Shown here piece by piece: positions 18,145-27,735 of a stretch of DNA of 64,000 nucleotides. Made by a program: the position numbers and the translations under genes. This DNA comes from Bdellovibrionales bacterium (GTDB lineage Bacteria; Pseudomonadota; Alphaproteobacteria; Micavibrionales; UBA2020): positions 20,276 through 84,275 of the forward strand of contig JBBRVE010000003.1 of NCBI GenBank assembly GCA_038247245.1, in the 5' to 3' direction. Below the pieces are notes generated by a model. It made no database searches and was not told the origin of the DNA. It saw only the letters and a program-made list of their open reading frames with translations. How positions within the stretch are numbered: position 1 is the first letter of the stretch; each line of letters opens with the position of its first letter.

Positions 18145-18182
18145 TAAAAAAACGGCGCTGAGACATCAGCGCCGTTTTTTTT
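18145..18182. terminator. Bidirectional rho-independent terminator
   Basis: A-tract, stem CGGCGCTG, loop agacat, stem CAGCGCCG, then a T8 tract. It lies between the dcp stop and the stop of the minus-strand small ORF. Confidence 0.85.
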
Positions 18183-18195
18183 GAAACTTTGCTTT

Positions 18196-18375
18196 TTAAT
18201 CCGTCGCGCGGGAGCAGCATTCAGCTTCCTTCGACAGCAGATAATCCTGCTGTTCGGGCACGCGGGAAATGCGCTTGAGCAAAATGGATGCCGAGCGGGT
18301 GGAGAGGCGCGATGCGGTGATGCGCGTTTCTTTGGAATCTTTATCTGCGCGGGCGGCTGTTGCGGATGAGGTCAT
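18196..18375 (-). CDS. Possible 59-aa small protein (below the ORF-track cutoff)
   Basis: ATG..TAA ORF translating to MTSSATAARADKDSKETRITASRLSTRSASILLKRISRVPEQQDYLLSKEAECCSRATD. Codon third positions are GC-biased like neighbouring genes. It ends 14 nt before the bidirectional terminator. I recognised no homology. Confidence 0.3.
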   Translation of the reverse strand: MTSSATAARADKDSKETRITASRLSTRSASILLKRISRVPEQQDYLLSKEAECCSRATD

Positions 18376-18532
18376 GAAGTGCCTGCCTTTCTTTTTTCAA
18401 TTTTTGCGTAGAGGTAAAAGAATAAACCGGATCGCCTTTTTTGTCTGCCGTTGATGCGGCGGATTCTTATAACATTGTTGCGTATTCGCGGAATTTTTGC
18501 CTGAATCAACGATGATGCGTTGCAGCAGTTAC

Positions 18533-19450
18533 TTATGCCGCACTGTTGCGCAAATGTTCGAGAATGAATTGTTGCGTTGCGTCATCGGCAAGCGCGGGCA
18601 CATGTCCCGCACCCGGCACAACATGGATTTTCGCATCAGGGCGCAGCGTTTTGAAATCGCCGATCTCGTGTTGCGTGCAAAGATCGGACACGCTGCCAGC
18701 GATCAATGCGACGGGGCAGGGGATCAACGGCAATGCGGCGGCGAAATCGACATCGGCCTGTAAATCCACCAGCGCGCGGCGCACCAGTTTCGGGTCGTAA
18801 TGATAAATGTAACCGTTCGGCGCTTCGCGCAACTGGTGCTGCGCGTAATGGCTCCACACTTCCGCCGGCACAGGGCCAAGCGGCAGGTTCTGGCGCAGCA
18901 CGGTTTCGTATTGCGTGCGGTCGGCAAACACCGGCAGCGTCTCGCTCAAATATCCGGTGATGCGCTTCAACGCCGTGCCGTTGGGCTTGTGCGTGATGTC
19001 GTTCAGCGTGAGGGATTTGAAAAATCCCGCATCGCCCTTGAACGCCATGATCATCGCAATCAACCCGCCCATGGACGTGCCCAGCCAATGCACGCGCGGA
19101 AGGTTCATCTGTTCAAGGAAGGCCTTGAAAATATCGGCATAGACCAGCACCGAATAATCGTCGGGGTTTTCGAGCCAGTCGCTGCCGCCGCGTCCCGGCG
19201 CATCGACGGAAAAAACGTCGTAGCCATGTTGCGCCAGAAACGCGCCGATATAATCCGCATCCCGTTTCTGCCGCGTCAACCCGTGGACGGTGACGACCGT
19301 ATCAACCGGTTTTCCCTCGGGCCGGAAGCGCGCATAGGCGAGGGTGATGTCGCGTTCCTGATATGCGGCGCGCAAGGTGACAGTCGAAAGTTCAGGATTT
19401 TGTATATCGCGCTGCAGCAAGGAATTTACTCCGTTAAGATCAACCGCCAT
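18533..19450 (-). CDS. Alpha/beta-fold hydrolase
   Basis: Nucleophile elbow GTSMGG (HWLGTSMGGLIAMIMA), a C-terminal GAGHVP histidine motif, and HG near VTVHGL. Confidence 0.85.
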   Translation of the reverse strand: MAVDLNGVNSLLQRDIQNPELSTVTLRAAYQERDITLAYARFRPEGKPVDTVVTVHGLTRQKRDADYIGAFLAQHGYDVFSVDAPGRGGSDWLENPDDYSVLVYADIFKAFLEQMNLPRVHWLGTSMGGLIAMIMAFKGDAGFFKSLTLNDITHKPNGTALKRITGYLSETLPVFADRTQYETVLRQNLPLGPVPAEVWSHYAQHQLREAPNGYIYHYDPKLVRRALVDLQADVDFAAALPLIPCPVALIAGSVSDLCTQHEIGDFKTLRPDAKIHVVPGAGHVPALADDATQQFILEHLRNSAA

Positions 19451-19575
19451 TTGTAGCTAAACTCAAAAAACACAAGCTTGCCACGACAAACGCGGCGTTT
19501 ATGGAATAACGCTTTAGAAAGTTATTAACCGCCGCACAGCATAATCAGTATCATGAATGCAGGGAGATTTTCAGC

Positions 19576-20898
19576 ATGAAACATCGTATTGCCTCTTTCG
19601 TAATTCTTTCCGCCGCCCTTATTTCCGGCCGCGCAGATGCCGCGGGTTTTTATTTGCAGGAACAAAGCGTCAGCCAGCAGGGTAGCGCCTTTGCGGGCGC
19701 GGTTGCGAACCCCGAAGACGCATCGACCGTCTTCTTCAACCCCGCCGGCATGACGCAGCTGGCAACACCGTCAGTTTCCGCCGGCGTCAGCGTTCTGGTG
19801 CCGAAAACAGAAATTCGCAACACAGGTTCGACCGCGGGCCCCACGGCGGGCGCGGCGGCAGCCTATGCCGGATCGCAGGGCGGCAACCCGTTTGACCCTA
19901 CGCCGGTGCCCAGTTTCTACGGCGTTTATCCGCTGGATAACGGCAAAGTCTGGCTCGGCCTTGGCGTCAGCTCGCCGTTCGGCCTTGCGAATGATTACGG
20001 TCAGGACTGGTTTGGCCGTTACGATTCCACGAAAAGCGAATTGCTCAGCATTAACGTGGCGCCTGTGATCGCGTATAAGTTCAACGATAAACTCTCTATC
20101 GGCGGCGGCCCGAACATCCAGTACGTAAAGGCGCGCCTTGAAAACGCGCTGCCCTGCCCGACAGCGATTTGCGCCGGCGCGGCATTTACAACCGGCACCG
20201 ACGGCTTATCGGTTTTAAAAGGGGACAGCTACGGTTTCGGCTTCAACATCGGCGCGATGTACGCAGTGAACGATAAAACGCAAATCGGTGTGCATTACCG
20301 CTCGAAAATGAACCAGACTGTAGATGGTGAAGTGGATGTGTCCGGTTTGCTGGGCCCACTCGCGGCACAGAACGGCGTGCGTTTTGCCGAGGCTGAACTG
20401 AAACAGCCCGATACTGCCAGTATCGGCTTCGCGCATAAATATGACGACCGCCTGACCATCCTTGGCAGCGCCAACTGGTTCGGCTGGCGCAACTTCGATG
20501 AAATCCGCGTTGAGTTCGATGCGGGCGGCGCCGACAGCGTAACCGCCGAGAACTTTGATAACAGCTATTCGCTGGCTCTCGGCGCGAAATGGAAACAGAA
20601 CGACGAATGGACGTTCCGCGGCGGTGTGCAGTTCGACCAGACGCCCACCACGCTGCCCGACCGCAGCACGCGCACGCCCGACGGCGACCGGTACTGGCTG
20701 TCGATGGGTGCGACCTATAACGTGAGTGACCGTCTCTCGCTCGACCTTGCGGCGTCGCACCTGTTCATCACTGATGGCGATATCGCGCTGAGCAAACGCT
20801 TCTATGCCGGATCTGCGGTGGATACGACCGTGAATGTGAACGGCAAGGCGGAAAGCAGTGTCGAAATCTTCTCCCTGCAGGCAAACTGGAAATTCTAG
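19576..20898 (+). CDS. FadL/TodX/OmpP1-family outer-membrane channel for hydrophobic compounds
   Basis: Signal peptide MKHRIASFVILSAALISGRADA, hatch sequence AGFYLQEQSVSQQGSAFAG, and a C-terminal aromatic residue (QANWKF). Confidence 0.9.
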   Translation: MKHRIASFVILSAALISGRADAAGFYLQEQSVSQQGSAFAGAVANPEDASTVFFNPAGMTQLATPSVSAGVSVLVPKTEIRNTGSTAGPTAGAAAAYAGSQGGNPFDPTPVPSFYGVYPLDNGKVWLGLGVSSPFGLANDYGQDWFGRYDSTKSELLSINVAPVIAYKFNDKLSIGGGPNIQYVKARLENALPCPTAICAGAAFTTGTDGLSVLKGDSYGFGFNIGAMYAVNDKTQIGVHYRSKMNQTVDGEVDVSGLLGPLAAQNGVRFAEAELKQPDTASIGFAHKYDDRLTILGSANWFGWRNFDEIRVEFDAGGADSVTAENFDNSYSLALGAKWKQNDEWTFRGGVQFDQTPTTLPDRSTRTPDGDRYWLSMGATYNVSDRLSLDLAASHLFITDGDIALSKRFYAGSAVDTTVNVNGKAESSVEIFSLQANWKF

Positions 20899-20901
20899 AA
20901 T

Positions 20902-22353
20902 ATGGCGACCAGCATACCCATGCGCTTTGTCAATGGCTGGCGCAACGTCAAGGGCCGCTGGGATCTGCTGCTGTTCCTGGCGAAATGGGACCCTGATTAC
21001 CGCAAGGATGTCATCATCACCTTCCTTGCCTATTTCCTGCTAATTTATTCCGCGCTGACTTGGAACACCTATTACGACTGGATCGCGATGGCGGTCGAGG
21101 CCGCGATTATCATCGTGCAGGTCGGCGGTGAAATGTCGATCCTGCCTGCCGATTACCGCCCGTCGCATGGCGGGGTGAGATATACGGTCCAGCCCAGCAC
21201 GCATATTGCGTATGAAGAACTCAGCTTCCTGATGTCCGGCGTGCACCCGGCGGAGCAGGAGGAGGCGCTGGGGTTCGGCAACCCGATCGCGCCTCTGGGC
21301 ATGTGTCGCGAAAGCCCGCTGGTCAGCAACCATGTCGATGACGTTTTGATGACGCGCGCCAGCCTGCCCTTTACGATTGATCCCGGCGAGGCGAACCATA
21401 TCCGGTCGCGGCACCAGTTGAGATACATCGCCATCCGTGTTGCGAACAAAAAACAGCACACGACCAACGGCGCGAAACTGGCGATGTACGACATGGCGGA
21501 TGCGCTGGTGGGCGACAGGCCTGTCACGATGCGCAAATCCTATTACTTCGATGCGCTGCTGACGGCAGAGGCCTTCCGCAGCCGCATCTTCCGCAACAAC
21601 ATCAAGGGGGAGAAGGAAGTCTATACCGACATGACCACCTATTTCCCCGTCAAGGAAGAGGTGATCGACGGGCAGGACGCCGTGCGGTTTTTGCCGGACC
21701 TTTACAAAAACGTCTCGGGTCATATCGGCATCACGACGCTGCTGGTGACGGAAAACAACCGCGTCGTCATGCTGCATCAGGGGTCGACCAAGGCCATCGG
21801 CGCGCATACGGTGACGCTGGGCGGTTCGGGCTCGATGAATTTCGCGGATATGGATGTGGTGAAGCGGCCCGATGATTTGCGCGCCGGCATCGCCTATGCC
21901 ATGGCGCGCGAGATGTGCGAAGAAACCGGCATGCTGAAATGGTTTCCATCGGTGCAGCAAAACACGATGGTCACCGGTTTCTTCCGCTGGATCGACCGCT
22001 GCGGCAAGCCGGAATTCGTCGGCCTGACGCGCGCCGGCGATGTGCCGTTTTCAAAACAGCAGGCAATCGACAGCGACGAAGTGGTGAAATATGACGAAGT
22101 GCCCGTCACGCTGCATACGATGGAAGATTTCCACAAGGTGCTGGCATGGCTGCGCGAGAACAAGATAAACGTCGCGCTGTCGTCGCTGATGGCGCTGCAC
22201 CGCATGACCGTGATTGCGGGCTATGCGGGGGCGGGGGCAAGCGATACGCAACGCCTTGTCCATGAACGCGTTTCCGCCTTCCTGTTCGGCCCGCTTGCTT
22301 ACCTTGACAACAATGTCGCCAAACCCTATTCTCTGGAAAACAAAAAGGCCTGA
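20902..22353 (+). CDS. Hypothetical protein: N-terminal 2-TM module + uncharacterised middle region + degenerate Nudix-like domain
   Basis: Helices VIITFLAYFLLIYSALTW and IAMAVEAAIIIVQVGG. The C-terminal part has GHIGITTLLVTENNRVVMLHQ...TLGGSGS...AYAMAREMCEETGM. That retains REUxEExGU, but the upstream Gx5Ex7 part of the Nudix box is not intact. Confidence 0.6.
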   Translation: MATSIPMRFVNGWRNVKGRWDLLLFLAKWDPDYRKDVIITFLAYFLLIYSALTWNTYYDWIAMAVEAAIIIVQVGGEMSILPADYRPSHGGVRYTVQPSTHIAYEELSFLMSGVHPAEQEEALGFGNPIAPLGMCRESPLVSNHVDDVLMTRASLPFTIDPGEANHIRSRHQLRYIAIRVANKKQHTTNGAKLAMYDMADALVGDRPVTMRKSYYFDALLTAEAFRSRIFRNNIKGEKEVYTDMTTYFPVKEEVIDGQDAVRFLPDLYKNVSGHIGITTLLVTENNRVVMLHQGSTKAIGAHTVTLGGSGSMNFADMDVVKRPDDLRAGIAYAMAREMCEETGMLKWFPSVQQNTMVTGFFRWIDRCGKPEFVGLTRAGDVPFSKQQAIDSDEVVKYDEVPVTLHTMEDFHKVLAWLRENKINVALSSLMALHRMTVIAGYAGAGASDTQRLVHERVSAFLFGPLAYLDNNVAKPYSLENKKA

Positions 22354-22380
22354 TTTCAATACAGGCACTTGGAGGGGTTT

Positions 22381-23148
22381 ATGGCGCAGGACAAGGGTGT
22401 CCTTCTTATTTTCGATCTGGTTTCCACGCTCACCGATGCGGGCCCGCGCTATGTGCAGGCCTTCCTTGACGTGACCGAAAAGGCGGGCTTCGGCCGCCCC
22501 GATCCGGCTGCCGTCATGGACATGCTGGGCAACAAGAACTTAAGCGAAATCACCGATACATTTGCAGGCGGCATGGACGCCACGGCCAAGAAGGAATTCA
22601 TGGCCGAATGCAACAATGCCTGCGACATTCTGCTCCGCAAGCCGGATTGGAAAGAACGCCTGTTCCCCAATGTGCGTGAAGCCATAGAATCCCTGCATCT
22701 GCGCGGCATTACGCTTGGCATCTATACCGGCACGCGCGAAGACGCGATGGCGGCGCAGCTGAAATATCACGGCATCGAGGGGTTGTTTAACGCAGCTTAC
22801 CTGCGCGGCAAAAATAACGAACGCGATGCCGGCAAGAAAAACACGGATCTCAAGGCCGAACAGCTGCAGTCGATTGTGGAAGAATTCCGCCGCGCGCAGG
22901 GCAACGCCTCTGCCCCTGTCATCGTGATTGGCGATTCCGAAGCCGATGCGAAGGCGGCGGAAAAAGACGGGCTTTATTTCGTCGGTTTTGCAACCGATGA
23001 CGCGAAAAAGGCCGCGCTGCAAAATGCGGGCGTCACCGCGATTGTGACCGATTTCGGCGATGTGCCGGACTTGGTCGACCGCCTGATCCGCCCCCCTGCC
23101 AACGACAGCCACCCCCGCCCCGGAATTGGAAGAAAATTTCAACCCTAA
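22381..23148 (+). CDS. HAD-superfamily hydrolase (phosphatase-like)
   Basis: The ATG at 22381 is preceded by GGAGGGG; the track start at 22369 is TTG. Motif I is a variant (LLIFDLVSTLTD, second Asp replaced). Motif IV is VIVIGDSEADAKAA. Confidence 0.7.
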   Translation: MAQDKGVLLIFDLVSTLTDAGPRYVQAFLDVTEKAGFGRPDPAAVMDMLGNKNLSEITDTFAGGMDATAKKEFMAECNNACDILLRKPDWKERLFPNVREAIESLHLRGITLGIYTGTREDAMAAQLKYHGIEGLFNAAYLRGKNNERDAGKKNTDLKAEQLQSIVEEFRRAQGNASAPVIVIGDSEADAKAAEKDGLYFVGFATDDAKKAALQNAGVTAIVTDFGDVPDLVDRLIRPPANDSHPRPGIGRKFQP

Positions 23149-23246
23149 CCCATTGGGGGAAAACGGTATAATCGGCGTTGACAGGAACTCCCTGCAACGG
23201 TACTATTTTACATATCTTTAAAAACCGAGACAGTGGAGGCTACAGC

Positions 23247-25973
23247 ATGGCGAAAGCCCTGAGTTTACCCAATGGCGTGCGCGTCGTCACCGAACAGCGC
23301 CCCGGCACCGGCACAGTTGCCATGCAGATTTACCTCAGGTCAGGCGGCGTCGATGAAGCGCCTGACGAAAGCGGCCTCACCAACCTGATGCAGGAAGCGG
23401 CGCAGACCGGCACCACCACCCGCACCCGCAACCAGATCGCGGATGACGCCGAAACCAAGGGCAGCCCCATCCAGAGCTTCACGAACATGGAAGTCACCAT
23501 GTTCAAGACCAAGGCGCTCGCGCGTAACGCGGGTGATGCCTTCGGCGTATTGGCCGATGTTATATTGAATCCGGTTTTCGATGCCGCCGAACTGGAGCAG
23601 GTCAAGGAACAGATCGTCCAGAGCCTGCTGCAGCAGAAAAAATCCCCAGCCGCCGCTGCCACCAACAAATTCATGGAAACCGCCTTCGCCGGACAGAGCA
23701 TGGGTCAAAGCACGCAGGGCACGCCGGAACTGGTTGAATCCTACACGCCAGCGCAGCTGAAGCAAAAACACGCCGAGCTGCTGTCGCGCCCGGGGGATAT
23801 CATCGTGTCCTTCACGGGGGATATCGATCCCGCGACCGCCGAAAAACTGGTCGCCGATACCTTTGGCAAATTGCAGGGCGGCGCGAAACCCGCCACGCCC
23901 AAGGCGACATTTACCGCAGGCGAATATCGCGAAGACAACGACAGCAACCAGGTAAACGTCAATTTGGGCTTCCGCGCGCCCGACGGAAATGATTCAGACC
24001 GTTATGCGATGATGTTGTTCAAATCTGTGCTGGCGGGCGGTATGTCGTCGCCGCTGTTTCAGGAACTGCGCGTGAAACGCGGCCTTGTTTACACGCCGCG
24101 CGCGACCTACGGGCAGTATGATAACGCCGGTTACTTCTCTATCGACAACGGCACCGGCCCCGGCAAAGCCGGCGAGCTGGTGACGGCGGTGATCGAATTG
24201 CTGGGCACGGTCGCCCGCGACGGTTTTGCGCAAAAAGACATCGATCAGGCGCGTGACCGCTTTATCCGCGCCGTGCGCAACAGCACTGAAACGGCCGATT
24301 CCGCAGCAGGATACAACGCCAATCAGGTCATGAAATTCGGTGCCGTGCTGGGGCCGGATGACCTGGAGAAAAACCTGAAATCCGTGACTGCCGACGATTT
24401 GCGCCGGATTGCGGGTCAGATGCTCAAGGATGGCGATTTTGTGCTCGCCGCTGTCGGCCCGCAGGCGACGTTGCCCACCAGTGCCGAATTGAAAAAACTG
24501 ATGCAGGATCAGGTTGCGGGCATCGATATCCCGGAAAAAGCACCTGCTGCGCCCGCCGTTGCTGCCACGTTCAACGCACTTGCCAAATCATCCGACAGCT
24601 ATGGCGCGCCGCAGGTAACCGTGCTGCCGAACGGGCTCAAGGTCATTACGGTTGAACGCCCGGGCCCATTGTCGATTGGTGGCTGGGTGGGTGCGGGATC
24701 CGACCATGAAACCCCTGAACTGGCGGGTGCGACGCACCTGAACGAACACATGATGTTCCGCGGCACGCCGTCTTATCCGTCCGGCACGATTGATAAAATC
24801 GTCGAAGGTGAGATGGGCGGCGGATTGAACGCCTATACCTCGAACGATAAAACGGTTTATTACTTCTATTCCCTGCTGCCCGCTCACCTGCAGAAATCGG
24901 TCGATATCATCGGCGAGATGATTTTTCAGGCCGACATCAAGCAGACAGAGCTGACCGGCACGCCCACCACGCGCCCTGACGGCACCATCGACCCCGGCAA
25001 GGGCGAAATCGAAGCCGTGATCGAGGAATTGAAAATGGGCCGCGACAAGCCGGGCCGCATCGCCTACCAGCAAATGATGGCGCAGGCCTATGCCGGATCA
25101 ACCCATGGCGAAACCGTGATCGGCACCGAACCCGTGCTGCGCGCCATGACCGCCGATATGCTGCGCGATTACCGCGATGAATTCTATTCGCCCAATAACG
25201 TGATTTTCGGCGCCGCCGGCCCCGTGAAGCACGATGATTTCGTGAAATTGATCGAGGCAAAATTCGGCCATCTGCAGCCCACCGCTTTCCCGCCGCTTGA
25301 TGTGCCCGCCTATAAGGGCGGTACAGCGGCGGAGGAACACAAGGCCGCGCAGCTAGCGACCGTGTTGCTGGCGGCAGACAGCGTTGATACCGCGCATCCG
25401 GACAATTTTGCCTATGACGCGCTGGGGCTTATCCTGGGCGGCGGTTATTCGTCGCGCCTTGCCAAGGGTGTGGTGAACAGCCAGCTGGCGCTGGCGGCAA
25501 GCGCAGGCAACTCCAACTACCGCAATGCGGGTGCCTTTATGTTTCAGGCGACAACCGCGCCCGAAAACGTAAAACCCCTGATGCGCGAATTGTACGCCGA
25601 GCTGCGCCGTCTGCCGGGTGATGTGACACAGGCCGAACTCGACAAGGCCAAGAGCATGCTGGAATTATCCGTGCGCGGCGGCTACGAAGAAAACAACGAC
25701 ATCATCGACGCTTATGCCGTCGACCTGCAATCATCGGGCAAGCTGGTGACGGAGGACGATAAAATCAAGGCGATCAACGCCCTGACTCTGGACGATATCC
25801 GCCGCGTGGCGGCACAGGTGCTGGCGTCGAACCCTACCGCATCCATGATCGTGCCGCCCGGCACCGACCCGAAACTGCTGCCGACCCATGCCGAAGTGGT
25901 CGCCATGCGTGACGACAAGGACTGGCAGAAACCGGCCAACACCAAAAAGCCGAAACCGCCCCAGGCGGCGTAA
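23247..25973 (+). CDS. Fused double M16 (pitrilysin-family) zinc peptidase
   Basis: The ATG at 23247 is preceded by GGAGG. Two M16 units sit in one chain. The first lacks HxxEH (GLTNLMQEAAQTGT at that position). The second carries HLNEHMMFRGT. Confidence 0.85.
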   Translation: MAKALSLPNGVRVVTEQRPGTGTVAMQIYLRSGGVDEAPDESGLTNLMQEAAQTGTTTRTRNQIADDAETKGSPIQSFTNMEVTMFKTKALARNAGDAFGVLADVILNPVFDAAELEQVKEQIVQSLLQQKKSPAAAATNKFMETAFAGQSMGQSTQGTPELVESYTPAQLKQKHAELLSRPGDIIVSFTGDIDPATAEKLVADTFGKLQGGAKPATPKATFTAGEYREDNDSNQVNVNLGFRAPDGNDSDRYAMMLFKSVLAGGMSSPLFQELRVKRGLVYTPRATYGQYDNAGYFSIDNGTGPGKAGELVTAVIELLGTVARDGFAQKDIDQARDRFIRAVRNSTETADSAAGYNANQVMKFGAVLGPDDLEKNLKSVTADDLRRIAGQMLKDGDFVLAAVGPQATLPTSAELKKLMQDQVAGIDIPEKAPAAPAVAATFNALAKSSDSYGAPQVTVLPNGLKVITVERPGPLSIGGWVGAGSDHETPELAGATHLNEHMMFRGTPSYPSGTIDKIVEGEMGGGLNAYTSNDKTVYYFYSLLPAHLQKSVDIIGEMIFQADIKQTELTGTPTTRPDGTIDPGKGEIEAVIEELKMGRDKPGRIAYQQMMAQAYAGSTHGETVIGTEPVLRAMTADMLRDYRDEFYSPNNVIFGAAGPVKHDDFVKLIEAKFGHLQPTAFPPLDVPAYKGGTAAEEHKAAQLATVLLAADSVDTAHPDNFAYDALGLILGGGYSSRLAKGVVNSQLALAASAGNSNYRNAGAFMFQATTAPENVKPLMRELYAELRRLPGDVTQAELDKAKSMLELSVRGGYEENNDIIDAYAVDLQSSGKLVTEDDKIKAINALTLDDIRRVAAQVLASNPTASMIVPPGTDPKLLPTHAEVVAMRDDKDWQKPANTKKPKPPQAA

Positions 25974-26008
25974 AAGCAGGCACTTGCTTTCACTGGCGCA
26001 ACCGATAA

Positions 26009-26044
26009 AATGCGGGGGAACAACAGGGTTCCCCCGCATTTTTC
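26009..26044 (+). terminator. Rho-independent terminator after the M16 gene
   Basis: Stem AATGCGGGGGAA, loop caacaggg, stem TTCCCCCGCATT, then TTTT. The T-tract ends 1 nt before the ATG at 26045. Confidence 0.8.
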
Positions 26045-27727
26045 ATGAAATTACTGTTTCGCGACGTCTGGTCACTGTCATCCCCGTATTGGAAATCTGC
26101 GGATCGCAAGATCGCATGGATTTTGCTGGTCGTGATCGTGGCCATGAGCCTGTTCGACGTTTACCTCAGCGTGCTGTTCAATGAATGGAACAATGATTTT
26201 TACGATTCATTACAGAACGTCGATAAAAAGGCGTTTTATGACGCGCTGTTCAAGTTTTCGTGGCTGGCGGCATTGTTCATCATCAACGCGGTGTACCGGC
26301 TGTACCTGAACCAGATGCTGCAGATACGCTGGCGGCGCTGGATGACCGATCAGTATCTCGACAAATGGCTGGCACGCCAATCCTATTACCGTCTGCAGGT
26401 GGCGGGTAATCCAGCGGATAACCCCGACCAGCGTATTGCCGAAGATATCAACCAGTTTATCTCGCTGACGCTCGACCTCACGCTCGGCCTGCTGTCGTCT
26501 GTCGTGACGCTGTTTTCATTCCTGTTCATCCTGTGGACACTGTCGGGTGATTTCTCGTTCACCGTTGCAGGACATGCCATCACCATCCCCGGCTATATGG
26601 TGTGGTTCGCGCTCGGCTATGCGGTTGCGGGTACTTGGGTCACATCGAAACTGGGCCGCCCCCTGATCTCGCTCAATTTCGACCAGCAGAAATACGAGGC
26701 CGATTTCCGCTTCAGCCTGATCCGCCTGCGCGAAAGCGCCGAAAGCATCGCCTTCTATCACGGCGAGGCGCAGGAAAAACAGGGCTTTGCCACACGCTTC
26801 GCCCGTGTCTTCGACAATTACTGGCAGATCATGAAGCGTCAGAAAACACTGACATGGTTCACCTCCGGCTATTACCAGATCGCGATCATCTTTCCTTATG
26901 TCGTCGCCGCACCCCGCTATTTCGCCACGCAGATCAAGCTGGGCGGGCTGATGCAAACGGCATCGGCGTTCGGGCAGGTGCAGGGCGCTCTGTCCTATAT
27001 CATCGGTTCATACACCAGCATCGCGACATGGAAATCCGTGATCGCGCGTCTGACCGGCTTCACCGCCAGCATGGAGGCCGTTGCGGCGCAGATGCAGGGC
27101 GCGCCCATTCAGGCGGCGGGGCAGGCGGTTTCTGCCGCCAACCTGAATGTCGGGTTGCCGGATGGCCGCCAATTGCTGAAGGGGGTCGATTTTACCGTCG
27201 CGGCGGGCGAGGCATTATTGATTCAAGGGGCTTCAGGTAGCGGGAAATCGACGCTGCTGCGCGTGATGTCCGGCCTTTGGCCCTGGGCGTCGGGCGGGGT
27301 GTCTATTCCGCAGAATGCCAATGTGCTGTTCACGCCGCAAAAACCCTATCTGCCGCTGGGTACGCTGCGTGATGCGCTCCTGTACCCGAATGTCACGGGC
27401 GTATCGGATGATGAACTGAAAGCCGCGCTGGAAACCTGCCGTCTGCCGCACCTTGCATCGCGTCTGGACAACAGCGAAGCATGGTCTCATATCCTGTCGC
27501 TGGGCGAACAGCAGCGCGTCGCGTTCCTGCGTGCATTGCTGGTGAAGCCATCGGTGATTTTTCTGGATGAAGCCAGTTCCGCGCTGGATGAAGATGCGGA
27601 GGCTTATTTCTACGGGTTGCTGCGGACACATCTGCCGCAATCATCGATCATCAGCGTCGGCCATCGTGGCACGCTGAAGGCACTGCATAACAGTGTGCTC
27701 AATCTGGGTGATTTCCTGGCGGCCTAG
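26045..27727 (+). CDS. SbmA/BacA-type fused permease-ATPase ABC transporter (YddA/BclA-like)
   Basis: The N-terminal membrane domain begins LFRDVWSLSSPYWKS. Walker A is GASGSGKST, the signature is LSLGEQQR, and Walker B is VIFLDEASSALD. Confidence 0.88.
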   Translation: MKLLFRDVWSLSSPYWKSADRKIAWILLVVIVAMSLFDVYLSVLFNEWNNDFYDSLQNVDKKAFYDALFKFSWLAALFIINAVYRLYLNQMLQIRWRRWMTDQYLDKWLARQSYYRLQVAGNPADNPDQRIAEDINQFISLTLDLTLGLLSSVVTLFSFLFILWTLSGDFSFTVAGHAITIPGYMVWFALGYAVAGTWVTSKLGRPLISLNFDQQKYEADFRFSLIRLRESAESIAFYHGEAQEKQGFATRFARVFDNYWQIMKRQKTLTWFTSGYYQIAIIFPYVVAAPRYFATQIKLGGLMQTASAFGQVQGALSYIIGSYTSIATWKSVIARLTGFTASMEAVAAQMQGAPIQAAGQAVSAANLNVGLPDGRQLLKGVDFTVAAGEALLIQGASGSGKSTLLRVMSGLWPWASGGVSIPQNANVLFTPQKPYLPLGTLRDALLYPNVTGVSDDELKAALETCRLPHLASRLDNSEAWSHILSLGEQQRVAFLRALLVKPSVIFLDEASSALDEDAEAYFYGLLRTHLPQSSIISVGHRGTLKALHNSVLNLGDFLAA

Positions 27728-27735
27728 GGCTCCTG

